A stretch of DNA of 64,000 nucleotides. It comes from the human T2T-CHM13v2.0 reference genome, Homo sapiens. Below the pieces are notes generated by a model. It was not told the DNA's origin. It did not search any database and was given only the letters and a program-made list of their open reading frames with translations. Below, one piece after another: positions 1 through 17,541 of the stretch. Location of the stretch: the NCBI RefSeq assembly GCF_009914755.1, contig NC_060927.1. One strand, 5' to 3'. Numbering within the stretch: the first letter of the stretch is position 1; each line of letters starts with the position of its first letter. Made by a program: the position numbers and the translations under genes.

Positions 1-59
1 TACTTCAATTCTTCTCTTGAAAATTGTCTGGTGAATTCCACCCCAGGGTGAACCTATCC

Positions 60-2165
<2,106 letters not shown>

Positions 2166-2899
2166 GTTTTAATATAACATGGTAAATATAAAGATGGAGG
2201 CATAGAGATTGCAAAATGGAACAGAGATAAGTGGCATTTCACTCAGCTGAGGAAGTCTACCAGTGTAATTGCTATTGTGTGACTCAGATGATGGTCTTGG
2301 ACACAAAATTTGGGAATAGGGTGGTCAGCAATCTAGTGCTTATTTCAGCTTGTGTCTCCAGCTTGGCCTCTTCTTTGTCTCTCAAAGAATGGAACCCCTG
2401 GAAAACCCAAGGCAGCTTAGTAGCTATCACCACTCACTAGTTGTAGGTGGAGCAATACATTAGCCCATCAGATAATCTGAGTTCTCTTCTTAAGTCCCCT
2501 GCTATGACCACAGATCATTTAGGTTTTTCTATAAAACAATACAATTTGGGAGATTGGTTGTCTTCCCCATCATTCAGGAAAAAATTATAAGAGAATTTGT
2601 TTTACCTACGTATGTGTACATTCAAAATCCCATCATTTTCATAGGGAGAAACAAATCATCCTTATTTCCTTATTTCTTACACCACAAACACTGGATTAAG
2701 AAAGGCAAATAATTGTAAAACCTAGTACACTTTGAAATTATAATGCTTTCTATGGAGAGACAATTTTATGCTAAAACCTTAATTTTTTAAACTACCCTTG
2801 CTGAGAACCTGACAAAAGCAGCCCGAGTCCTACATAACATCCCAGAGGACAGAAGCACCTGGGGAATTTTAAGACACTTTCAACCCAATCAGTGTCAAC

Positions 2900-3480
2900 G
2901 TTCGTTCATTAAGTGGATGGTGAAACAGAACCCTGAGGATTCAGACAGAAACTCTGTCCTCAAAGAGCTCACGCTGAGATCACAGACATATAGCCACATT
3001 ATTATAACATAGTCCACAAATAGAAGTATGTACAAGTTATAAAGATAGCCCAGAGAGGGACAAATCTTTTTGGGGGATCAAATCCTGATGAGGTAAGACC
3101 TCAGCTGGGTTGTTAAGGATGAATAGGTATTTACCACACAGACATGATAGGGAAAAGGCATTCCAGGGAAAGGTCCATCTTCTGATGACAGGATAATGCT
3201 TCTGGCCTGTACCAGCAAGAAATGGTGTGGGAGGTGAAGGACAGAGACCAAACCCTGAGGGGTCTATGTGCCGTATTAATTGAGAAACAAGGACTTGGTT
3301 CTGTAACTGAGGCGACCCTTAAAGTTTTTGAGTAGGGACAGGTATAATCAATTTCACATCATCTCTGTGGCAACGTGGAGGATAGATAAGGGGAAAGTGA
3401 GTCTAGAGTCAGGGCCAGCCAGCAGATAAACGGAGAGACCAGCTGGGCCCGCCTGTCCCCTTGGCCTGTAGAAAATTGTG
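2900..3480 (-). mobile_element. L2 fragment
   Basis: Antisense L2-like sequence (aggatgaataggtattt..., gcattccaggg...). Confidence 0.5.
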
Positions 3481-5060
3481 GGAATATTCATCCACATACA
3501 ATTCCAGGGTAAATTTGAGTGTCCATAAACTAAAACCATGTATTGTATAATTTTAGATACAAGAAACTGAAGGGTATCATGTTATTTACATAACATTCAG
3601 AAAACTACTGCACTTCTTGAATGTTTATCTGGCCCCACTACAATAAGTGAAGGTTTTACTCCTGAAATAATTGCTAAATAAATTATCTGTGTGCTAAAGA
3701 TAACAACCGTAGGTCACACCCTTTCCTTTCCCTTAGAATAGCTGGAAGCAGGTAGAGTTTGTTCATCAGAAAGGACTTTTGCACAACTTTATGAGATAGT
3801 TGCAGGTGGGCAGTGTGGTTCTTGGACCACATTAGTTTGTCCTTGTTGCCTAAAACAAAGCAAAACAATGAGGGCATTTAACATGGCTTTGTTTTGTGTC
3901 CCCACATGGGCCTTCAAAATAATTAAGGACTCTCTTATGTTTTCATTTTTTCATAGTCTTGGCAGGTCCCCACAACAGTATTAGATTTTGACATCTTGCT
4001 GCTTTCTGTGGAAAAGCACCCAGATTCCAAATAAATATGTGTATGAAATTTTCCATTACCTGGCACTGGTTTGTCACCAACAATCTACTGTTCAACATTT
4101 ATTGTACTAATTTGTAAACATAATAGTTGTCACGGAGACAAATGGATAAACAAGGACAGACAGATAATGACATCCTTAGAGACAGCATGTAGTAGTTACA
4201 GCCAACCTTGGGGTCCTACATTTTTGTGTTTTTGCTGCTGTGGACTGATGAACACAGAAGCCATTGTTTTTTACTGTGTAAATCTACACTCAGAAGAAAG
4301 GGTCGTCAGCCGCTGGCCTGAGAGGATTAGCAAGGTTTTAGAGACTAAGGTCTCTACGGGAGCTGGTGAATGTGGAATGAAATTACTCTTTGGGAAACAT
4401 GGATGATTTTTATCACAGCTAAGGAGTTGGGGCTGAGCAGTTTTTGGAAGGCTGTGGTTAGGCATATGTGAAAACCTGGGCCGGTAATGGAATCTTTGGA
4501 CCCCCAGTTATTATTCCAAAATAGCTCTTGTAGAAGCACCCGTGTGCACTCCTCACTTGCAGGAAATCATGGGTTCTTTCTGACAGCCTGGGGCTCACCG
4601 GCCTGTGGGCGTTCCTCTCACCAAGTGCGAGTCCAGTCAATGGTGGTTGAATGGACCCACCTCCCTCGCCAGTGCCTCTGATTGGCTGCTTTCCCCCTAC
4701 CTGACGTCATTTCCCCTGTTTTTGAGGATCAATCAAGATGGACACAAACGATGCTTCCTTACTGTCCTTTGCCTTTCTCTGAGTACTACATAGTTAAGAA
4801 TATTTGTAATATGATTGCTAGCTATAAAAGATACCTCTTTTTCTATTATTTCCCTGTTTGTCTACTTTTTAAAAAAATGTATAGTTTGTTTTTAATGTAA
4901 ACATCCTGGTTACTAAAACTTCATACGTTTATATGTTGGAATATTTTCTTCTATACAAGCACTGGTCTTTTAACTTGTAACCTCAAGTTGTATAAAATAA
5001 TCTTTTTAGTTTATAAAAGAGTCTCTATGATTTGCTTTCCTCCTGTTCAAGTTTGTTGTG

Positions 5061-5260
5061 TTAGAAGGAGCATGGTGTCAGGGTTAGGCATACATTCTAG
5101 TTTACCTTGGTTGGGGTCCTGGGACTCCATTTACTAGCTCTGTGATCTTGGTTGAGTTATCTGACTTCTCTGACTCTCTCATTTGCAAAACGGGGCTATT
5201 ATGAGGTTATGAGGATGAAATAAGTTAAATACGTGAAGCCCTTGAACAGTGCCTGGTTTG
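5061..5260 (+). mobile_element. MIR
   Basis: MIR core atttactagctctgtgatcttgg...ctcatttgcaaaacgggg...aacagtgcctgg. Confidence 0.7.
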
Positions 5261-5856
5261 TATCTCATTCCACGTGTTTGCTATTGTAATTTTTTTCTAG
5301 GGTATTTGTTCTAATTTCTTCTTGTCTTTTTTTAGGGTAGTCCATCCATTTCCCGACTCTATTAAATAAAATAAAATAAATAAAAATGCTCCCTGTGTTG
5401 TGATCCATGCTACTATACATATGTATAGTATATATGTAGTGTATAGTATGGAAGTTCATACTATACTTCCAGCTTACCCTCCGAAGTGGCTCTTCACCAA
5501 CTATGTGTGAGAGTTCCTGTTTGTCTACGGACTCTCTTAAGTTAATGTCAGGCTATTTAACTTTTACCCATCTGATTCTTGTAGAATGGTATCAATTGTT
5601 ATAACCTGTGTCTTTTTGATAATTGGTGAGTTTGAATGTATTTTTATATGCTTATGGGTCATCCATGACTTCCTCCTCTGTAAACTGCATTTTCATATGA
5701 TTTGCCCAATTTTCTTTCGGGTTGTTTTTTCCTAATGATTTGTACGAGTTCTTTAAATATTCTGAATAGGAATTATTTGTATATTATATGTGTTGCATTC
5801 TCCCAGTGTTCCTTAACTTTTGACTATGTTTATTGTGTCTTTTGATGTACAGTAGC

Positions 5857-6170
5857 TTTTTTTTTTTTTTTTAACTTCTGTTTTTAGAGACAGGGTCTGG
5901 CTTTGCTGCCCAGGCTAGAGTGCAGTGGTGTGATCATAGCTCACTGCAACCTCCAACTCCCAGGCTCAAGAGATCCTTTCATCTCAGCCTTCTGAGTAGC
6001 TGGGACTATAGGCATGTGACATCATGCCCAGCTAATTAAAAAAAAAAAAATGTAGGGATAGTCTTGCTGTGTTGCCCAGGCTGGTCTCGAACTCCATCTT
6101 GGACCTCAAATGATTCTGCCTCAGCCTCCCAAAATACTGGGATTACAGGCATGAGCTACCATGCCCAGCC
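5857..6170 (-). mobile_element. AluJ
   Basis: gagacagggtct...gatcatagctcactgca; diverged dimer. Confidence 0.9.
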
Positions 6171-6413
6171 TGTAGTTTTTAATTTTGATGTAATCACTTT
6201 TCCTTGCAAGTTAATTTTATCAACATTATTTGTTGAAGAATCTATCTGCCCCCTACCAATTTATAATAACATCCCTATCATATATCAAGTTCTCTTGTTA
6301 ATATGGTTGTGTTTCTATTTTTGAATAGAACTGTTCCACTTGTCTATTTCTGGGCAATGCCACACTATTTTAATTACTATTGCTTAGTAATGTGTTTGGA
6401 TATCTGGGTATGA

Positions 6414-6749
<336 letters not shown>

Positions 6750-7239
6750 CCAGAATTTTCTTAGTCCTTTGATTGTTGGTCCTTTGCCCTTCCATCGAAT
6801 CAGATCATCACATGCCACAAAAGACTGTTGGTGATTTTAGTAAGAAATGCATGAAGTTCTGAACTCACTTTGGAAAAGTTTACATCTTTTATGATAAAGT
6901 TTTTTTCTATCTATGCACAATTTTTCCTTCTATTTATTCATGCATTCTTTTATACTTTCACTGAAGTTTTGAAATTTTTTCTCAAAACAATCCATACATT
7001 TTAGTCTTTGATTTATTTCTAGGTACTTCAGGATTCTTGTTGCTATTGTGAATAAAATTTTTTTCAGTAATTATTTTTTTCCATACTCCCTCTCTTCCTG
7101 GGTGTTCTCCTGTGTTCCCTTGGCTGTAAATCTCATTTTTATGTCAAATACAGTGCAATTGATTTCTGCCTTTCTCTCTTGTGATTTCTCAATCCACATG
7201 ACCAGTCATTCCCTTTTACAGACACTTGGAGGTTTCAGA

Positions 7240-8370
7240 AGTATCTCAGACTGAACATGTCTAAGATTGAACTCTTGATTCTTTTCTTCCCCATCCCTAA
7301 ACCATTCCCCCACCTTAGAAACATGATTGGCTGTCTACCTAATTTCTCTTGGAGACATCCTGGATGTCTGTGCTTCCTTGCTGACATTCAGTCTGTCTGG
7401 ATGTCCTGTTCATTGTTAGGTTTCTTTTCTTGCTAATGCTGTACTCTGACCTACCCCAGACTAGTCTATTAGGTGGCACCATCAGCACTTAGACCTTTAG
7501 AAGCATCTCAGGCTTAACCTGTGTGGAACATAGTAGGTGCTCAATTAATATTTGTTGAATACATAAATGTTTAGAACTGTACTCTTACCTTTTTCCCCCC
7601 AGCCTTCCCCACCTCAGTAAATTGCTTCATTGGGCATTCGCTTAAGTCATAAGTGTGGCAGTCATCCTTGCCTTATTCTTTACAACAAATCGCACATCCA
7701 GTTTGTCCTCATGTGCTATTAATTTTGCCTCTAAAATCCACCTCCACTGCTGCTGCCCTTGTCAAAGTCTCTGTCATGTCTCCCTGGTTTTCCTATTTCC
7801 TCTCCTGCTTACTTCTAATCTATGTTGCAAGGAGCTTGAGTGATCTTCATGGAAGCTAAATATGAAGATTTATCTCCTTTAGTGAAGATCTTTCAACACC
7901 TTCCTATCCTTCCCATTCCTTAGCTCACTTTCAAGGGCCTGCCTGGTCTTTCTCATGCCTTGCCCCTAGCCTCAATGTTCCCCTCCCTCACTGTGCTTCA
8001 GCCACTCTGTTCTCTGGTTTCTTGGAGACATCAAGTCTCAAGGCCTCTGTCTGTAACTGTTTCCTCCCTCATGTATGGGTGGCTCCCACATATCTTTTGG
8101 ATCTCAAATTAAATTTCATTTCTTCAGGAATCCTTCCTTAGCCTTCTAATCTAAATTTGTCTCATTGCTATATTGTCTCCTAGCACCCAGTTCCTTCCTT
8201 TTAGAGCCCTAATCACATTTCAGTCATACATTGGATATACTACTCATGGGGTAAGAGATAGTCTGTTAATGTCTTCTTCTCTGTACCCTAAGCTCTGTGA
8301 GCATAGGGACCTTCTTTGTCTTACTCACCACTGGCACTTAAAGGTACTCAATAAATCTTCAAATGGATGA
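7240..8370 (+). mobile_element. L2 fragments
   Basis: catagtaggtgctcaattaatatttgttgaat at ~7530-7560; taagctctgtgagcataggg...tactcaataaat at ~8290-8355. Confidence 0.65.
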
Positions 8371-9367
8371 CTGTTAGGATTGTATTTGGCTGCCTTTACC
8401 TTCAGTCATCTTATGTGTATATTCTTTGCACATATAGACTGATATCATCTGCCTTTCCTGTCAGTGGGATCTATTGTGGTCATAAATAAATTGTCTCAGT
8501 AGCTCCTATCTACTGTTCAGGGGGTCCTTGTCAGTCTTAAAATTAGCACCAAGAATTGCTCTCCAGGGTACTAATATATCTTACCTACTCAAGGCAGGAG
8601 CTGGGTGTATTGTTCCCCGCCCAGCTCCTGTCCCAGCCCCTGGTGAGAGTGCTACCTCTGGAGGTGACTGAGGATAACAGAGGGAGCTATAAGTTCCTTC
8701 GAGCCGACTGCCACATTGACGGTTAACTGGCTTCAGCTGGGATGGCTGGCCACTCCGAGTTTCTGCCATATAATTAATGACCTAGCTTCCTGCTGCTTTC
8801 AGTTGCTATTAGAGAAGTATTTTCTTATGTCAATACAACCTCTTCATAAGCACCTTTAAAAATGGATGTCTAATATTCAGTTGGTCTTCAAATGACTCCA
8901 TAATATTTCTGTAGTTAGCTAATTATAAGAATATCAATAATTAAATAAGAATCAAATCTTTACTGCTTACATTGTATTTGCACACTTTGTAAATATGCAA
9001 GATCTCCCCACTTATCTTCTCTTCTTTAATAAGCTAGGCTGACTTTAGGAAAGATAAAGAATAGTGAATGCTTCACTTTTTCTGTTTCATTACCACTCCT
9101 GTTTCTGGGGTATATGCAGAAATTAAGTTTGAGATTTTCCTACTATCCTCCCCCTGTCCTCATCAATTAGTAAAATTCAAGTTACAGTTTTTCATGCATA
9201 TTATTATTATTACTGAAAATATATTTTATTTCTGTTTCTCTTCACAGAATGAAAGGTTAAAAGATTTTATTGCTCTCAAGGGCATTGATATTCAGAGAGT
9301 AAATATTAAATTGTGAAATGGAGGCAAGGTTTAACAAAAACTCATTGAAGATTGATAAATATTTTAA

Positions 9368-9809
<442 letters not shown>

Positions 9810-10249
9810 TAATCATTTGAAGGCACAGGGGGTGATGGTGTGGGTTTTGAGAAATTACAGCCATGTACCGGAAGGAATTAGGAAAAAGGAAAGGGAAGGT
9901 TTAGGAAGAACATGACCTTATTTGCTCAAGTCTTTTCTACTTTGTGAATTTATGGGGGAAATTCTGTGTCCTATGGAGTACATTCTTAGGTCACTGAAGG
10001 GAACACTTTTCCATTCTGTTCCTTAAAGTGGGAACAAAGAAAGAGGCTTGGGATAGGTAATTTATTATGACTATCTTCACCCTTTCTCTAGTGTTAGGTA
10101 TGTCGCAGTGATGTCATCCTCTGGACTGTGAATGACAAATTGATGATGTCACTGAGGCCCCATCTCCCCTGTATAAACAGTGTGGTACGGATTATAACAG
10201 ACAATTAATCTCACCGGTCACTCATAAATTGTGCCAATTCTTTTTTATC

Positions 10250-10410
10250 TTCTCTGGGCCTCAGTTTCTTCATCTGTAAAATAAGGATAAATGTAATCTA
10301 TCTCCTAGGATTATTACCAGGGTTAAATAGATGAATAAATGTTATGAACTTGGAAGAGTGCCTGACTTACAGTGAGCTCTCCATCAGTAGTACTATTATT
10401 AGCTATTATT
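10250..10410 (+). mobile_element. MIR
   Basis: tctctgggcctcagtttcttcatctgtaaaat core. Confidence 0.75.
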
Positions 10411-13139
10411 TATAACTTATGCTTCTCAATGGGTATGATTTAGGAAATAGCAAAATAATATATTTTGGGTTTTTGTAATTCTTAATTTCAAATGGACTGG
10501 CAGCTTACATACCAAGAATCATACCAGACAACTCAGACCATTGAGTTTCCTCTATGGTGTAAAATGCATGTCCTTTCTGCAAAGAAAGCTGAGCCTCAGG
10601 TTTGGTGCCTGGAGGTGAAAAGAGAGTAGGCTAGAGGCCAAGTCTTTGCCAGAGAGAAGGAGGAAGCAGAAAGAAGAGTTTTTCTAGCCAAAAGAATAGG
10701 AAAGAAGAGAAAAAGCAAGAGAGAGAGAGGAAGCTAAGGAGGCAGATACTTGTTTTCTCCTTTTTCTAGGCGAAACCTCAAAACCATGGTGGGGGATGTG
10801 GGTATGGTGTAGTAGAATCATCCAGATAGGTTTAAAATTTTTTGTGTGTGTATGAGGGGCAGTGACACACTTCAACAGGAATAGTGTAGTGGGGGCCCTG
10901 CAAGCCTCTAGAAAAGGCTGCCCTCAGCCTCATCCAGCATGACTATGAGTGACTGCACAGCTTTGGCTGGGAGGCTGTCTAAGCCAATGGCCCAGAATAA
11001 CGCTCTTGGTTCCCTACTCGTAATGCATGGGAACCAAACATTTCCTAGAATAGATGTGAAGGAGCTGAGAGGACAGCTGGACCAGAATAGGAGGCTACTG
11101 AGTCAGGAGCCTGATGACCAGTGGCTTTGGTTGGATCAAGTGGTCAGTAGCAATGTGTGTCATTCATGCTAAAAGGTGGGTGAGACCAGATGAGGTACCC
11201 CATGGCAAGGCCTAGCAGAGGACACCACCCAGACCAGCCACCCCTTCCCTCACTGCCATGAAGATACTCAGGTTTTTCATACTCTTATCCACCTTGAGAA
11301 GGAAGAGAGGGAGGTGAGAAATAGTCATGTTAGGGAACTGAACTCTGACTACAAAGTAGGAAGGGATGGTTTCAGCTAGAAGTGACCAGGCCACTATAAA
11401 TTTAGAGTTTTGGTTGCTCTCTTCTTTCCACTTTCTTTCTCAGCCAATATTCATCATGGGTTGGGCTTGTAATATCACATCAATTCTACAGTTACAGAGA
11501 AATAAAAAAAAGTTGTGCTTTTTTTGGTAAAATCAATCTCGATTTGAATAAATTTGAAATTTCTTGCTTTATTAACCTGAAATTTCTTTCTTAAGTATAT
11601 ATTAAACATCCCATTCCTTAATTCATATAATAGATCTGGAGACTGATCATTATTTTCCTTTGGAGTTTTGATATCTGAAGCCAGTGTGTTATTCTCACAT
11701 AGGGTTCAGGTCCTGGGTGCACAGTCAAGGTCAAAGCTTGTCTCCTGTTCTTCCCATGTTGAGTTCTTTATACCAAGGGAAGAACAGACCCTTGCTCAAG
11801 GTTGTGAGGGAGCCGAGTGAAAGAATTGAAGACCTATTCTGCTTTCAAAATATTGACCTGCATCTACCCTTCATTCTGCAAACTCTATACCCGTTTGCAT
11901 GTCTGACTTCCTGTGATACCATGCAGATATGAAGGGGCAAGTGGGCTGCAGCATGTCAACTTACCACTTGCATTTTCTTTCCTTTCCAGAGGACTGCCCA
12001 GAATTGAGGGCCACCTGTGGCTTTCATGACATGATTATGCCACATCCCGATTGCTTTTTTCAGAAAAGATGATAAAAAGAAAGGAGGAAGGGTGGGAAGA
12101 AGGGCAAAAAATCCACTTTATACTCATGGTTTTAATTTCTTCCTGTAGCCTTTTTAGGGAATGGCGAAGCTGTGTTTATAGATACTATGACACTAGTGGT
12201 TACATAGAGCTTAATGCCACCCCTAGGACGTGTAATGAAATGTGTATGTAATGATTAAAGATAGCAAATTAATTTGTATGAATTAGAAAAAGATATATTG
12301 TGTTCACAAAATCTTTTTTTTTTTTCCCTAAAGAGCCCAGTTTTAGAACTTTCAAGGTTAGTGAGAAAGGTCCCTTCCTCTACTGAACAGACATTTTTGC
12401 CTGAATCCCCATTGGAACATGGGACTGCTAGAGAGCATCTGGGGACAGGACATAAGTGGCTAAGGGCTCTGCAGCTGTTGTGAAAGGCACCCTTTGTTCA
12501 TTCTCTCATTTTTAATCAAACATCTTCTGAGCACCTGTTCTGTATCAGGCATTGAACAGGCTTAAGGACAAAAATTTTAAGGAGACAGTGAAACAGTAAG
12601 GGTAGCACTAAAGTTCTAGATGCTTTCCTAGAATTATTCACAGAACACAAAGGAAGGAGGTATGATCATTACTCTTTGGGGGAAGGGAAGGATCTGGAAA
12701 GGCTCCCCAAGGAGTGTCTTGACTTTGAGCTGAACCTCAAGGCAATGGAGGCATTTGCTGTGCAACTGTTGAGTGGTAAAAGACAGGGGAAGGAACCCTA
12801 TGGGACAAGTTCCAAAGGCTTGAAATAATCCTGTCTCTTGGGGGCTAGGAATGACTGGGTTGGGCTGGATGCACTTACCAGAGGAGGGTTCCTTCTTGAA
12901 TAAAAAGCCTTATTATTGAAGAAAGGTCATCTTCCCATAGACTTTTTGCCTACCTTTCATTGACTAGAATGTGGTCACATGGGGGAATTATATAGATTAA
13001 ACAAGGCATATAGCACTGCCAAACAAAATCAAGGTTCGTTACTGAGTTATTAGGCAGTCTACTAGTCCTATTAACCATTATGAGTTTGCTATTTTAAAAT
13101 TATTATTGTATGATGTTGGGGATTTCACTTAAATTCTTC

Positions 13140-13255
13140 CCCAATTTTCTCATCTGTAAAATGGGGATAGTAGGAACTATCTGGAGGGTTGTTTGGGGAA
13201 TTACAAATATTAGATATAAAACATATGGAACATACTAGGTGCTCAATAAATGGTG
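13140..13255 (+). mobile_element. MIR
   Basis: ttttctcatctgtaaaatggggata...gtgctcaataaatgg. Confidence 0.7.
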
Positions 13256-14169
13256 GAGAGGTTTTTGTTTTCCTTTCTTTGGATCCTTCCCTTCACTTTC
13301 TTCTCCTTCTTTGAATGCTTACTTCACTTTTCTCTCCTGTTTAGTTTTAAGTTATATGGAAACCTGGAGAAGATTATATTTTGCAGTTTCAAATTTGTTT
13401 TTTTTTTCCTCATCCTGCCAGAGAGTTCATAGTTATCTTTGCTTGCAATTAGGTGGTATCTTTTGTGAAAACGTCATGCAGTGTTTATAATTTGTTTTTA
13501 ACCACTAAAGTAAATAAAGATGTGATTAATGCTTAAGTATCATCAGAGATACACAGTGAGATAAATAGAGTGTGTCTAAAAAACTCAGCAGGATTAGATA
13601 GGTCATTTAAATGAATTCTCATCTGTGAAAGGAAAATATAATTTATTAAGCAAGTTATTTACATTAGTTACAATTTTTTATTTACTTTATTTCATTTCAT
13701 ATTTTCAAAGCCCCCCCCCCCCACCGAGTTACGTGTTGTTATTATTACAGGAAACTGAGTCTAACCAATTAGGAATGTATTTGGTTACTTGTAACTGAAA
13801 TAATAGTGGTTTATGCAAGGTGGAAGTTTGTCTCTCATATAAGAGGTGTTCAGAGTTCAAGAGTCCAGGCCTGAAACAACAAACTCCACAGTCCTCCAGG
13901 ATTCAGGCTCCTCTGGTATTTTTGCTCCACCACCTCACAGGAAGTGGCTTCACCTGTGAAGTTGAGCTGTGGTCCAAGATGGCTCCTGTACCCAGGAGTA
14001 AACTGCTAGACTACAGTTTGTGCACATTTTTATCCTCACTAGACAATCCCAAATTGTTTCCAGAAATGCACAGTCTTTGCAAGCACACGTAGAACAAGGT
14101 CATAAAGCAAATTTGAACAACTGTTGGAGTCACTGTCATAGCGACTGCTTTCTCTAACTGCATTAAAAT

Positions 14170-15100
<931 letters not shown>

Positions 15101-15111
15101 GTATTATTTTC

Positions 15112-15424
15112 TTTTTCTTTTTTTTCTTTTTTTTTTTGTTTTTTGAGACGGATCTTGCTCTGTCGCCCAGGCTGGAGTGCAGTGGCCCGATCTCGGCTCA
15201 GTGCAAGCTCTGCCTCCCAGGTTCACGCCATTCTCCTGCCTCAGCCTCCTGAGTAGCTGGGACTACAGGTGCCCGCCACCACACCCAGCTAATTTTTTTG
15301 TATTTTCAGTAGAGACGGGGTTTCACCGTGTTAGCCAGGATGGTCTTGATCTCCTAACCTCATGATCCGCCCACCTTGGCCTCCCAAAGTGCTGGGATTA
15401 CAGGCGTGAGCCACCACGCCTGGC
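15112..15424 (-). mobile_element. AluY-type, inserted in the tail of the adjacent AluS
   Basis: gcaagctctgcc...ttcacgccattc diagnostics. Confidence 0.92.
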
Positions 15425-15427
15425 TTC

Positions 15428-16028
<601 letters not shown>

Positions 16029-16660
16029 ATATTATTTTCATCCATCTGAGTTTTCTAACTTTCAGCAGTGAATATAGATTTTTTTAATCCACTAATTCAC
16101 TGGAGGGGAGGAGCTGCAGAAGTGCCTGTAGGTCACACTTCCCTCAGGGCCCATCCCAAGTTTACTATCAGTCCCGGACAGGGACCCTTCTGGCGCTGGC
16201 AGAGAAGTCCTGGTTTCTGTTGTTGTGAAGTCTCCAAACTCCATTCTCTATCTTTCTCTTCTGGAGTGATTTGTTTCCCCAACTTTCAGTCTTTGTCACC
16301 CTAGGACATAGACTCATGGATCTTTGAGACTTATCCCACCCCTGGGTCCATCTCTAGTCCTCTGAAGTCTAGTCTGGGCCCAGCACCTGGACTCCTATTC
16401 CTTGGGAGGAGGGTTGAGTCTATAGGAAGCACAAAACAGTGTTGGACCTGTCTAAAGTGCTTGGGATGCTGGAGTCACACAGATGTGGATTCAAATCCCT
16501 TGCTGCCTCTTACTGGCTTATGGACTTAGTCATGTTCTGTAGATTTTCCATCTTTAGTTTGTTAATAATGCCACATTAAAAAATGAGATAAAGTATGCAA
16601 AACAACTATACACAATGGTGCTCAGTAAACTGTTACTTCTTCGCTGTTAGTTATTTGCTT

Positions 16661-17052
16661 TATTAAAGGAAAAACTTTAATAAAACAAATTCAATTTAAC
16701 AGAGTTTAATTCAGCAAAGAACAATTCACAGATCAGACAGTCCCCAGAACCAGATTAGTTTCAGAGGGACTCCAGGGCCACCACACGGTCAGAAAACATC
16801 GATGGACAGAGAAAGGAAAGTGACAAATAGAAACCAAAAGTGAGGTACAGAAACAGCTGGACTGCTTACAGCTGGAATTTGCCTATTTGAACACTGTTGG
16901 CTGTCTGTGATTGACTAAAACTCTGTGATTGGTATAAGACTGGGTTACAATGTACCCATCCGGTTAGGTTACGGTTTACTATGTACAAATAAACCGTTAG
17001 GTGGAACTTAAAATATGTAAGGATGTGGCTTTAGGCTAAACTTAATTTAACA
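16661..17052 (-). mobile_element. Solo LTR, MER57 family (ERV1)
   Basis: Reverse complement begins tgttaaattaagtttagcctaaagc...ccttacatattttaagtt and ends ...attaaactctgttaaatt...; approximate 4-bp TSD gctt/gcct. Confidence 0.8.
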
Positions 17053-17211
17053 GCCTGTATTTCCAAGGAATTTACTAGCAATCCTGGTGTGTTATAAAAC
17101 GATGACTCTGATTTAGCATGTGAGGCTTAGCGTTTTTAAATTGGAGGGTGGCATGGGGCCGATAGTTGGGGAAGCAGTATATAGAACTGCTTAAGCAGGT
17201 ACCCCAACTAA

Positions 17212-17541
<330 letters not shown>

